The translations under genes were made by a program, and so were the position numbers. A DNA stretch of 64,000 nt from IMG/VR virus record IMGVR_UViG_3300002220_000062, positions 1 to 64,000 of that record; one strand, 5' to 3'. This document shows positions 29,301 through 38,271 of the stretch, piece after piece. The notes beneath the pieces were generated by a model. That model was not told where the DNA came from and searched no databases. It saw only the letters and a list, made by a program, of their open reading frames with translations. Every line of letters begins with the position of its first letter. Positions within the stretch are counted from its first letter, which is position 1. The DNA comes from a virus. Its lineage: Duplodnaviria; Caudoviricetes.

Positions 29301-29600
29301 ATGAAAAAAACTACAACAGCGTGTTGTGCGTTATGTCAAATTAATAATGTAAATAATGATACAACTATTGAAGAGTTAGAATATGCAATTGACATATTAA
29401 CTAATCAGAAAGAGAAAAATACAGAAGTAGGTATTACAACAGGTAATGGACAAACTTCAGTATTTGTTATAGTTTCTCCTGGAGAATATGTACTAAGTAG
29501 AAATCTAAAAAAATTAGGATTTGAACTTAAACACACATTTGAAAGAAGAAAAGGATATCCACCTGTTGGAGAATTAGAGATGTATATTAAAAATCTTTAA
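29301..29600 (+). CDS. Intron-borne hypothetical protein B
   Basis: 99 aa in the P5 extension; CCALC motif. Confidence 0.6.
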   Translation: MKKTTTACCALCQINNVNNDTTIEELEYAIDILTNQKEKNTEVGITTGNGQTSVFVIVSPGEYVLSRNLKKLGFELKHTFERRKGYPPVGELEMYIKNL

Positions 29601-29602
29601 TT

Positions 29603-30166
29603 ATGTGGGAGACTTATGAATGGGGAAGGTCAAGATATGACATTCTCTATAAAGATGGTAGTACAGAAAAGATAAAGAGTGCATGTTTTGCAGCACTTAC
29701 TCGTACTACTAATAGCACAATTAAGCGTATAAAATTATATGATTTTAAATGTAAACCAACTATAGAATATCGTAAATGGTATTTAGAATATGTTAGTGAT
29801 ATGTTACAACTAGAAGAGGTAGAAATTACTGAAGACTATATAGCATTTGACGCATATGATAATAAAAACAAAAATATGTTAGTATTATCATTATTTAGAT
29901 TTTTATATGAACAACTTGGTTATGTTACACCTATAATTCAAACACATGAGGTATTTTTAGAACCTTTAAGAAATGGAGAATGTGAATATATAGATAAATT
30001 AGAAAGATTTTGTTACTTCTATAGTAAAATAGAAACAAAAAAAGCTTATTATTCTACTATACATTCTTGGTATCCTAAAACTACTGTTATTAAATCAACA
30101 GAAGATTTCTTAAAGATTAAAAAACTACCATCTGTTAATTCATTTTTTACTTATGAAAAAAACTAA
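29603..30166 (+). CDS. Intron-borne hypothetical protein C
   Basis: 187 aa in the P5 extension; its stop codon is part of the P5 3' strand UAAAG. Confidence 0.6.
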   Translation: MWETYEWGRSRYDILYKDGSTEKIKSACFAALTRTTNSTIKRIKLYDFKCKPTIEYRKWYLEYVSDMLQLEEVEITEDYIAFDAYDNKNKNMLVLSLFRFLYEQLGYVTPIIQTHEVFLEPLRNGECEYIDKLERFCYFYSKIETKKAYYSTIHSWYPKTTVIKSTEDFLKIKKLPSVNSFFTYEKN

Positions 30167-30431
30167 AGACAATCCCGTGCCGTCACTTGATTTTAATATA
30201 ATAAAAACTAATACATTTAAAGAAGATGATGAAATATGTCATATAAGAAATTTTATGGTAGGTTTACCTTACTTTTTTAAAGCAACTGATTATGATGTAA
30301 AACATTATTCAGGAAAAAATGGTATTTATTTGTTAAAACAATACGGTGTAGAGACTAACAATGAGAAACCTAAATCAGGACACATGACAGAAATATCATG
30401 GGGTAGTAAAAAACATCCTGATGAAGATTAG
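30153..30431 (+). CDS. ORF overlapping the intron catalytic core (may not be coding)
   Basis: 92 aa reading through Q, P6, R and P8; DNPVPS and GVETN are translations of Q and R. Confidence 0.3.
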   Translation: MKKTKDNPVPSLDFNIIKTNTFKEDDEICHIRNFMVGLPYFFKATDYDVKHYSGKNGIYLLKQYGVETNNEKPKSGHMTEISWGSKKHPDED

Positions 30432-30518
30432 GTTTATGAGATAGTCCGAACTATATGGTGACATATAGAGCCAAACAGAAATGATTTGGCTGTGAAAATT
30501 AAACAAAAATTAATAAAA

Positions 30519-31019
30519 ATGAAATTATATTTAAAAGATTATAAAAAAAAATCAACTACATGTGTAAAAAGTTTTTTATTAGATTATTATAAGAATGTTT
30601 TCAGTTTAGAAGGAACACCTGCTACATACTTTAGTCCTATATGTGACGAAAAAGATTTGCAATGTTCTGCTAGAAAATCACGTTCATTTACAGATATGTA
30701 TTATTTAACTAAAACTTATTTTCCAACATTAACAGAAAAAACTTTTACTAAGAAATTAGTAGAAGTAATGAAAGTGCATAAGTTAAAATTCTTATTTTGT
30801 AATGGTGCAAAAAAAACAGTAATACATGCCAGTTTTGGTACTAATAATCAAAGAACAAGTAACTTTTTTAAGTCATTAGTATTTGATTATTGTGGTTTAT
30901 TAAAGACTCAATATAATCTAAAAGGTAATGGAGAGCATTCTATAATAGATGTAATAGAATTTTCTGGTTATAAAAATGATGTAATTGAAAAAGAACTTAA
31001 CCGTTTAAGGAACACATAA
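30519..31019 (+). CDS. Intron-borne hypothetical protein E
   Basis: ATG at 30519 after P9.1; ends 8 nt before the 3' splice site. Confidence 0.6.
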   Translation: MKLYLKDYKKKSTTCVKSFLLDYYKNVFSLEGTPATYFSPICDEKDLQCSARKSRSFTDMYYLTKTYFPTLTEKTFTKKLVEVMKVHKLKFLFCNGAKKTVIHASFGTNNQRTSNFFKSLVFDYCGLLKTQYNLKGNGEHSIIDVIEFSGYKNDVIEKELNRLRNT

Positions 31020-31027
31020 CAAAATTG

Positions 31028-31963
31028 AAAACTCAAATAGCCGATTGGTTATTTTTGTACAATACTATTCAACAAGTTATTGAAAAATCTCTAAATATCA
31101 AATTAAAGATATTTTATTTTAGTTTAGAAATGTCTAAGGAAGAAAAGATGCTAGCAGCTTTCTCTAATATTATATATATTAAAGAAGGTATAAGAATAGC
31201 TCCAAAGGACCTTAGAAGTACTAAATCAGATAAAATATTAAGTGAAGAGACTTTAGAGTTAATATCAAAATATAAACCATATTTCGACAAAATTGAAGAA
31301 ATAGTTGAATTTATAGATGATATTAGAAATCCCACAGGTATTTATAAATTTGTTAGAAGTTACGCTATTGCAAATGGTGTACAACATAAGAAAACTATAA
31401 ATATTAAGGGTACATTAACAGAAATCGATGATTACTATGAACCAAACGACCCTGAAGAGTACGTTATGGTTTTTATTGACCATATAAGTTTGATTTCTAC
31501 CGAGGAAGAAGGAGGACAAAAGATGAATTTGCATCAATCTATTGTCAAGCTTTCTTCAGATTACCTTATTAGATTACGAAATAAATATAAATACATTCCA
31601 GTTGTTATTCAACAACAAGCATCTGCTCAAGAATCCGTAGAGAATATGAAAGTCGGAAGACTTAAACCTTCAATGGATGGATTAGGAGACTGTAAGCTTA
31701 CCCAAAGGGATGCAAATGTTATATTGGGACTATTTAGTCCTTTTCGTCATGAATTAAGAGAATACCAAGGATATGATATTACCTTTTTTAAGGATAATAT
31801 TAGATTTCTAGAAGTATTAGGTGGAAGAGAAGGTGGTGGTGGTACAGTATGTCCACTGTTCTTTGATGGAGCAGTGAATTATTTTAAAGAGTTACCAAAA
31901 CCAATGGACCAAGAAGGGCTTAGAAGCGTTTATAGTTACATTGAGAAAACAATTAAAAAATAA
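31028..31963 (+). CDS. DnaB-like replicative helicase, exon 3
   Basis: Begins KTQIADW (end of Walker A); YFSLEMS, VFIDHI (Walker B), VIQQQA and QRDANVILGLFSP motifs. Spliced product is 366 aa. Confidence 0.9.
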   Translation, partial: KTQIADWLFLYNTIQQVIEKSLNIKLKIFYFSLEMSKEEKMLAAFSNIIYIKEGIRIAPKDLRSTKSDKILSEETLELISKYKPYFDKIEEIVEFIDDIRNPTGIYKFVRSYAIANGVQHKKTINIKGTLTEIDDYYEPNDPEEYVMVFIDHISLISTEEEGGQKMNLHQSIVKLSSDYLIRLRNKYKYIPVVIQQQASAQESVENMKVGRLKPSMDGLGDCKLTQRDANVILGLFSPFRHELREYQGYDITFFKDNIRFLEVLGGREGGGGTVCPLFFDGAVNYFKELPKPMDQEGLRSVYSYIEKTIKK

Positions 31964-32287
31964 ATGGGAGAATTAGGAGAGAGAAGAAATGAAGGAAAAT
32001 TAAAATGGTCTTTAGTAAGTTGGAAAGCTTTAGAACCAATGGTTAAAGTATTAATGTTCGGAGCAGAAAAATACGATGACCACAATTGGAAGAAAGGACT
32101 GAATTACACTGAAACGTGTGAATCTTTACAAAGACATTTAAATTCTTTTATTGAAGGAGAGGATAATGACCAGGAATCTGGCATTCCCCATGTAGGACAC
32201 ATTCTATGTAATGCAATGTTTTTATCGTATATGTCTAAATATAGAAAAGACTTAGATGATAGATTTATTGATGAAAACTTCAAATAA
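31964..32287 (+). CDS. dATP/dGTP diphosphohydrolase-like protein (DUF5664 type)
   Basis: GKLKWSL...FGAEKYDDHNWKKG...RHL...DQESGIPHVGH..CN pattern. Confidence 0.75.
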   Translation: MGELGERRNEGKLKWSLVSWKALEPMVKVLMFGAEKYDDHNWKKGLNYTETCESLQRHLNSFIEGEDNDQESGIPHVGHILCNAMFLSYMSKYRKDLDDRFIDENFK

Positions 32288-32326
32288 CACCCTTAATAGT
32301 GGTGGTTGGACGGAGAAAATGATAGA

Positions 32327-33097
32327 ATGGAAATTAAATTACCAAATACAAAAGAACCAGCATCAAGAGTAAATCCTAAAACAGTAATTGTATTTAGTCA
32401 ACCTAAGATGGGTAAAACCACAATAGTAGCAGGACTAGATAATTGCTTAATTATAGATTTAGAAAAAGGTACTGATTTTGTTAATGCTTTAAAATATGAT
32501 GTAATTAGAACAGCGGAATCTGAAAATAAATTACCAATCGTAATCTTAAAGCAGCTAATAGAAACAATTAAAACAGCTAATGCTGATAAAAAAGGCTATG
32601 TGTACAATTTCATAGCCATTGATACAGTTACAGCATTAGAAGATATTGTTTTACCATTAGCAAATAAAATGTATAGAGATACCTCTATTGGACGTAATTG
32701 GGTAGGAGAAGATGTTACTTCCCTTCCTAATGGTGCAGGATATCGTTATACAAGAGAGGCGCTTAAAATGGTCCTAAATGAATTAGAAAGTATTTGCGAT
32801 ACTCTAATTATATTAGGTCATACTAAGGATAAACTAGTAGAAAAAGAAGGCAAAGAAATGAACGAACGAGGCTTAGACCTAACAGGCAAAATGGCTGGTA
32901 TTTTATGTTCAAAAGTAGATGCCATAGGTTATCTTTATCGCCATGAAAATGAGACAATTATTAATTTTCAATCTTCTGAAAGTTTATTATGTGGAGCACG
33001 TAGTGAACATTTAAAAGGAAAGGAAATAGTAGTTGCAAAATCCGATGGGACAGGAAATATCGCAATAGATTGGTCCCAAATATTTATTAATAAGTAA
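32327..33097 (+). CDS. AAA_24/Sak4-like P-loop ATPase (recombination)
   Basis: SQPKMGKTT, IDLEKG, IAIDTVT and LILGH motifs; likely start MEIKLP. Confidence 0.75.
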   Translation: MEIKLPNTKEPASRVNPKTVIVFSQPKMGKTTIVAGLDNCLIIDLEKGTDFVNALKYDVIRTAESENKLPIVILKQLIETIKTANADKKGYVYNFIAIDTVTALEDIVLPLANKMYRDTSIGRNWVGEDVTSLPNGAGYRYTREALKMVLNELESICDTLIILGHTKDKLVEKEGKEMNERGLDLTGKMAGILCSKVDAIGYLYRHENETIINFQSSESLLCGARSEHLKGKEIVVAKSDGTGNIAIDWSQIFINK

Positions 33098-33120
33098 AAT
33101 TTTAAAACGAAAGAAAGATT

Positions 33121-33696
33121 ATGTTTGATTTGAATGAAAAGAAATTTGGAGGAACCGTTATTTTTAATAATGGACAAGCTGGTATAGCTAAAGGTGTAGA
33201 AATTTCTGTGGAGAAAAGGCAAGCGGATGAGCCAGATACATATCCTAATTATAAATTAGTGGTATCTGATGGTGTATCAAAAGTAAATCAAGGATTTTAT
33301 TATCCTAAATCTGACCCTAATAAGAGTGAGGAACAAAATGACCAAGCTGCAGTTAGAGAAGTTGGTAGAATTATGCATATAGCTAGAGCCGTAATGGGTG
33401 CTAACTATACATTTCCTAACGTATCTAGTGCAAAAGAAGCATTTGATGTATTATTTAATTTAATACGTGAAAATGCAGGTGGTAAAACATTTAATGTCTT
33501 TGTTACTTATGGAACAACTGGATATCCAGACAAATATCTTAAATTGAGATATTTTAATTTTATTGAACCAAGCGATACTGCAGTTAGTAGATTAAAAGCT
33601 ACTCCTTCAGATTTAATGGAGAGATTAGAACAAGATGCTCCAGTGTCTGGTTCATTGGATACCCCAGCTGCCCCTGAGATAGAGAAATGGTCATAA
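33121..33696 (+). CDS. Probable single-stranded DNA-binding protein
   Basis: Between the Sak4-like ATPase and primase; low-complexity tail ending near Trp. Confidence 0.45.
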   Translation: MFDLNEKKFGGTVIFNNGQAGIAKGVEISVEKRQADEPDTYPNYKLVVSDGVSKVNQGFYYPKSDPNKSEEQNDQAAVREVGRIMHIARAVMGANYTFPNVSSAKEAFDVLFNLIRENAGGKTFNVFVTYGTTGYPDKYLKLRYFNFIEPSDTAVSRLKATPSDLMERLEQDAPVSGSLDTPAAPEIEKWS

Positions 33697-33710
33697 TTAA
33701 ATAATTAATT

Positions 33711-33733
33711 GGGGGAGGAAACTCCCCCTTTTT
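33711..33733 (+). terminator. Intrinsic terminator
   Basis: GGGGGAG-GAAA-CTCCCCC-TTTTT. Confidence 0.85.
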
Positions 33734-33746
33734 ATACCGTAAAATT

Positions 33747-34784
33747 ATGATAAACTTAAACAAAAAATTAATAACAAAACAAGACGTTTTAAATGAAACT
33801 ACAGACGTAGATATCTATAGGTTTTATATAGGTGGTTATATAGATTTTTCTCACAAAATAAAATCACCATTAAGAAAAGATGATATTAGACCATCATTAG
33901 GCTTCTTTAAAGGAGATAATGGAGAAATATGTTTTAATGATTTTGTATTAGGTGGTGGAGATTGTATAAAATTTGTACAACTTCTTAAAGGATTAGATTT
34001 CTTTGAAGCTCTTAGCTTAATAGCAATTGATTTTGGTTTTGCTGATAAATATATCGTTAAAAAGATTAAAGGAAGTGAAACAGTTTATGATTCTTCAAAA
34101 TATGAAAGTAGAGACAAAATTATTAGTAAAATAGTTGCGTTTAATCTAGGTATAAAAAGAAGAGCATGGACAGCATATGATTATGCCTTTTGGTTACAAT
34201 TTGGTATTGATTCACAAACATTAGAAAAATATAATGTTGTTCCTGTATCCTATATCTTTATGAATGGTTTACCTATATTAGCAGAAAAATACGCATATGC
34301 ATTTATAGAATTTAAAGACGGAGTAGAGACATATAAAATTTATCAACCGTTTAGTAAAAGTTATAAATGGTTAAGTAATCACAATGGTTCGGTATGGCAA
34401 GGATGGAGTCAATTACCAGAAAAAGGTAAAAGACTTATCATTACTAAATCTTTAAAAGATGTAATGGCAATTGATTACATTACAGGTGTACCTGTTGTAT
34501 CTTTACAATCTGAGAGTGTGATGCCAAAAGCTAGTATAATACAAGAATTAAGAAATAGATTTGAACAAATTTGGATTCTTTATGATAATGATTTTGATAA
34601 AGAAGTAAATTGGGGTCATAAATTTGGAGCAGAAATAGCTGAAGAAAATTTTATACCTCAAATAGAAATTGATTCAATTTATAAGTCCAAAGACTTCAGT
34701 GATTTAGTTAAAAATAAATCAGCAGCAGTAGCTAGTGAAGTATTACGACAATTAATAACTGATTATGAAACAGCACCATTTTAA
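33747..34784 (+). CDS. DNA primase (DnaG/TOPRIM type)
   Basis: SPLRKDD.RPS zinc-binding-like region, IITKSLKDVM and LYDND TOPRIM motifs, KDFSD. Confidence 0.85.
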   Translation: MINLNKKLITKQDVLNETTDVDIYRFYIGGYIDFSHKIKSPLRKDDIRPSLGFFKGDNGEICFNDFVLGGGDCIKFVQLLKGLDFFEALSLIAIDFGFADKYIVKKIKGSETVYDSSKYESRDKIISKIVAFNLGIKRRAWTAYDYAFWLQFGIDSQTLEKYNVVPVSYIFMNGLPILAEKYAYAFIEFKDGVETYKIYQPFSKSYKWLSNHNGSVWQGWSQLPEKGKRLIITKSLKDVMAIDYITGVPVVSLQSESVMPKASIIQELRNRFEQIWILYDNDFDKEVNWGHKFGAEIAEENFIPQIEIDSIYKSKDFSDLVKNKSAAVASEVLRQLITDYETAPF

Positions 34785-34795
34785 TAATTAAAAGT

Positions 34796-35212
34796 ATGGA
34801 AGAACAATTAATAACATTTGAAACAGCTAAACTAGCTAAGGAAAAGGGATTTAATACCTCTAATACAGGTTATAGGTATGATAAAAAAGGGGATAGGATT
34901 ATGGACACCCCTTTAGATAGATTATTATGGGGTACTAATTACCCTATAGCAACACAATCACTACTTCAAAAATGGTTAAGGGATATTCATAATATTCATA
35001 TAAAAGTTGATGATTTTATAGATGATGAAACTTGTATAGAATGGGATTATGAAATTGTAATAATTGGTACAGATTGTACTATTACAGGTGAATATATACC
35101 ATTAGTTCCATATAGTACAAATGACACATTAAGACAATTTTTAAATTATGAATCTGCATTAGAATCAGGATTAGAAAAAGCTTTAAAATTAATAGAATTA
35201 TGCAAAAAGTAA
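34796..35212 (+). CDS. Hypothetical protein, paralogue of the next gene
   Basis: FETAKLAKEKGF...QKWLRDIHNIHI...ALESGLEKALKLI. Confidence 0.6.
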   Translation: MEEQLITFETAKLAKEKGFNTSNTGYRYDKKGDRIMDTPLDRLLWGTNYPIATQSLLQKWLRDIHNIHIKVDDFIDDETCIEWDYEIVIIGTDCTITGEYIPLVPYSTNDTLRQFLNYESALESGLEKALKLIELCKK

Positions 35213-35514
35213 AAATAAATCAAGAAACATTTGACTTAGCAGTTGAAAAAGGATTTCCATTATATAAATCTATATTTCATAGATTATTTAATATAGTAGA
35301 AATACCACATCAACTAAAAGTTCATAAATGGTTAATAAATGAATATGATATTCATGTAATGAAACAACAATTCCAAAGTTATAGATACAATAAAATTTCA
35401 TATAGAGCTTTTGTTGTTACAGTTCCTGATGGAAAAGTTATTAAATCTAAAAAAACAGGTTCATTTCAAGAAGCTTTTGAAGATGGACTACAGTTAGCAC
35501 TAAATCTAATATAA
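35200..35514 (+). CDS. Hypothetical protein, paralogue of the previous gene
   Basis: QETFDLAVEKGF...HKWLINEYDIHV...AFEDGLQLALNLI. Confidence 0.6.
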   Translation: MQKVKINQETFDLAVEKGFPLYKSIFHRLFNIVEIPHQLKVHKWLINEYDIHVMKQQFQSYRYNKISYRAFVVTVPDGKVIKSKKTGSFQEAFEDGLQLALNLI

Positions 35515-35524
35515 AAATAAAAAT

Positions 35525-35920
35525 ATGTTAATAGCGGTATACGGTTCTTTAAGAAAAGACCTAACAAATTACAATGCTTATCTAAGGGATTCAAAGTATG
35601 TAGGTACATATGATACCAAACCCATCTACACATTAAAGAGTTTAGGATATTTTCCAGGACTTTTAAAAAATGGTACTACATCTATAGTAATGGAAGTATT
35701 TAGAGTAGATGATGAAACTATGAGTTCAATTGATAGATTAGAAGGTTATCAATTAAATGGTGGTAGTAATCATTATGAAAAAGAAACTATCAAAACACCA
35801 TTTGGTGATGCATTTATATATTTTTATGCAAAACCAGATAACATAAAAGAAGCACCAACAGTATTATCAGGAGATTGGAAAGAGTATTTAAAAAATAAAA
35901 AAATGTATCATAATGCTTAG
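35525..35920 (+). CDS. Gamma-glutamylcyclotransferase (AIG2-like)
   Basis: AVYGSLRK...FPGL...IDRLEG...SGDW. Confidence 0.85.
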   Translation: MLIAVYGSLRKDLTNYNAYLRDSKYVGTYDTKPIYTLKSLGYFPGLLKNGTTSIVMEVFRVDDETMSSIDRLEGYQLNGGSNHYEKETIKTPFGDAFIYFYAKPDNIKEAPTVLSGDWKEYLKNKKMYHNA

Positions 35921-36749
35921 AAATTTTAGACCTAGTATCAGAAGTAGACATCCATCTCATGCACCACTTAGAGAAAGAGGTGCTTTTCCATTATTTCCAT
36001 TCAGGTCTGTTATTAGATTTGGCTCAACAACAGAGTTACCAGATTCTGTAACTATGGGAGGAAATAGAATTGAAATTAACACAGTAGAATCTGTTAAAAA
36101 TTCATCTAGTAAATTACGGATGAAAAACTGTTTTGACAATGAACAAGTTAAAACAGCAGATTGGTGTTTAGCAGGAGAAGATAATAGTCCTCAATCTGTA
36201 TTAGATAGAGTAGCTAATTTTGGATATCCTGTTATTTCTAAAAGTTTTTTTGGAAGTAGAAACCAAGGTAATAAGAAACATGATACTGCTGAGGAATTGG
36301 CAGCTTGGTTAGTAGGAAAAGACTTAAGAAACTATTTATTTGAAAAGTATTATAACTATTCTAGAGAATATAGATTACATATATCAAGAAATGGATGTTT
36401 CTATACTTGTAGAAAGATGTTAAAAGAAGGTACAAATGAAGAAGACAAATGGTATCGTAATGATGCACATTGTGTTTGGATTTTGGAAGAAAATGATTTA
36501 TTTGATAAACCATCGAATTGGGATGCAGTTGTTGCAGAATCTGTTAAAGCATTACAATCCGTAGGATTGGATGTTGGAGCAGTAGATTTAAGAATACAAT
36601 CAGCTACAAACAAAAATGGTACTGTAAGAGAAAATCCAGATTTTATAATTGTGGAAATTAACTCAGCACCATCTTTTGGTGATGTAACATTAGGTAAATA
36701 TAAAATAGAATTAACAAACTTATTAACACAAAAAAATGTCAGAAACTAA
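35913..36749 (+). CDS. ATP-grasp ligase (RimK-like)
   Basis: YPVISK, REYRLH, GLDVGAVD and IVEINSAPS motifs. Confidence 0.85.
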   Translation: MLRNFRPSIRSRHPSHAPLRERGAFPLFPFRSVIRFGSTTELPDSVTMGGNRIEINTVESVKNSSSKLRMKNCFDNEQVKTADWCLAGEDNSPQSVLDRVANFGYPVISKSFFGSRNQGNKKHDTAEELAAWLVGKDLRNYLFEKYYNYSREYRLHISRNGCFYTCRKMLKEGTNEEDKWYRNDAHCVWILEENDLFDKPSNWDAVVAESVKALQSVGLDVGAVDLRIQSATNKNGTVRENPDFIIVEINSAPSFGDVTLGKYKIELTNLLTQKNVRN

Positions 36750-37425
36750 AAAACAAAAAGTAATTATTGGTGTAGAAAGTAAACTATCACCAGATGAATT
36801 GGCTTTCTTCTCATTAAGATTTGATGTAGAACAAATAGAATTTGAATCATTATTGAAAAAACGCCCATCAAAAGGTGTAGATTTTCTATATTTTTCAGGT
36901 GGAGCAGATGTAAATCCAGCTCTTTATGGTCAAAAAAAAGGTAAATTTACTTTTATAGATGAAAAAAGAGATGAAATTTGTCAAAATATAGTAAATGGTT
37001 ATCCAGGTACACCAAAATTGGGGATTTGTAGAGGTGCTCAATTTTTAACAGTTATGGCTGGTGGTAGATTAATTCAACATATTGAAGGTCATACATCTTC
37101 ACATAAAATTGATGTACATTTTGAAGGTAATTCAAAGCCATCTACATATGATATAACATCGACACATCATCAAATGATGTATCCATTTAATATTGGTGCA
37201 GATAGATATTCACTAATTGGTTGGGCAACTATGTTTAGAAGTATGGTTTATTTAGATGGTAATGATAATCAAATTAGCGTACCTGAAAAATTTGTAGAAC
37301 CAGAAATTATTTATTACAGACAAACTCGTTCTTTAGCAATACAAGGACACCCAGAGTATAGTAATTGTAATAACAATACAAAAGACCTTTGTTTAGATTT
37401 AATCGAAACATATTTATTACGTTAA
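36736..37425 (+). CDS. Class I glutamine amidotransferase / peptidase C26
   Basis: SGGADVNP, LGICRGAQ, STHHQ and QGHPE catalytic motifs. Confidence 0.9.
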   Translation: MSETKKQKVIIGVESKLSPDELAFFSLRFDVEQIEFESLLKKRPSKGVDFLYFSGGADVNPALYGQKKGKFTFIDEKRDEICQNIVNGYPGTPKLGICRGAQFLTVMAGGRLIQHIEGHTSSHKIDVHFEGNSKPSTYDITSTHHQMMYPFNIGADRYSLIGWATMFRSMVYLDGNDNQISVPEKFVEPEIIYYRQTRSLAIQGHPEYSNCNNNTKDLCLDLIETYLLR

Positions 37426-37455
37426 AAAAAATATTAAAATAAAAATAACAAAAAG

Positions 37456-38265
37456 ATGATTAAAAATGTAACATTGGGTGCAGACCCTGAATTATTTTTA
37501 GAAAAAGACGGAGAAGTCGTTTCCGCAGAAGGATTAATTGGAGGGACTAAAGAAGAACCAAAAGCAATTAGTGAAGAAGGACATTGTATTCAAGAAGACA
37601 ATGTAATGATTGAATTTAATATTCCAGCCTCTAAAACAGCAGTTGAATTTAGAGACAATATTAACTTTGTTAAGGATTATTTATCAGCATTAGCAACAAT
37701 ACAGGGAGGAAAATTAAATTTCTCTGCTTCTGCTGAACTTGATACTAAGTATCTTCAAACAGACCAAGCTAAATTGTTTGGTTGTGACCCTGATTATAGT
37801 GTACATTTAAAACGTCAAAATACTCCACCAGAATCAACAGGTTCTTTAAGAACTTGTGGAGGTCATATTCATGTTGGCTATGATAATCCTTCTCAAGAAG
37901 TAAGTGAGAAAATTATCTATGCTATGGATTTTGTATTAGGGCTTGAGTCAATTAATTTAGACCCAGATGATAGAAGAAGAGAAATGTATGGTAATGCTGG
38001 ATGCTTTAGATTTAAAGAATATGGTGTTGAATACAGAACTTTATCTAATTTTTGGATTACAACAAATGAATTAATGGAATGGGCATTTAATAGTACATTA
38101 AAAGCAATTGAATTAGTTAATTCAGGTGTAATTGATTTATTGATTAAAGATTATGCAAAAGCAGTTAAAATTGTTATTGATAACAATGATAAAGAAGCTG
38201 CAAAATTATTACTAAAAGTAGTAAATAAAATAATAGAAAAAAAATTAGTAACAATAGAAAAATAA
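37456..38265 (+). CDS. phiEco32-like COOH-NH2 ligase type 2
   Basis: LGADPELF, QEDNVMIEFN, GCDPD, GGHIHVG and YGVEYRTLSNFW motifs. Confidence 0.9.
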   Translation: MIKNVTLGADPELFLEKDGEVVSAEGLIGGTKEEPKAISEEGHCIQEDNVMIEFNIPASKTAVEFRDNINFVKDYLSALATIQGGKLNFSASAELDTKYLQTDQAKLFGCDPDYSVHLKRQNTPPESTGSLRTCGGHIHVGYDNPSQEVSEKIIYAMDFVLGLESINLDPDDRRREMYGNAGCFRFKEYGVEYRTLSNFWITTNELMEWAFNSTLKAIELVNSGVIDLLIKDYAKAVKIVIDNNDKEAAKLLLKVVNKIIEKKLVTIEK

Positions 38266-38271
38266 AAAAAG

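Larger units (their letters stand above)
28635..31027 (+). mobile_element. Group I intron 2 (2393 nt) with several ORFs in peripheral loops
   Basis: P1 GGGU/GCCC; P2 CUCUGGUUA/UAAUUAGAG; P3 CUCA 28672/UGAG 30362; P AACGGGGAAA 29269; Q AAUCCCGUGCC 30171; R GUGUAGAGACUA 30346; S AUGAGAUAGUC 30436; P9 CUAUAUG-GUGA-CAUAUAG; terminal G at 31027. Confidence 0.85.

Noticed and set aside
31025-31027. TTG start for a stand-alone 312-aa helicase
   Set aside because: The protein would lack most of Walker A; the G is better explained as the intron's terminal G.
31964-32287. Z-base (2-aminoadenine) genome pathway
   Set aside because: A DUF5664-like gene alone is not enough; no PurZ-like gene is in this window.
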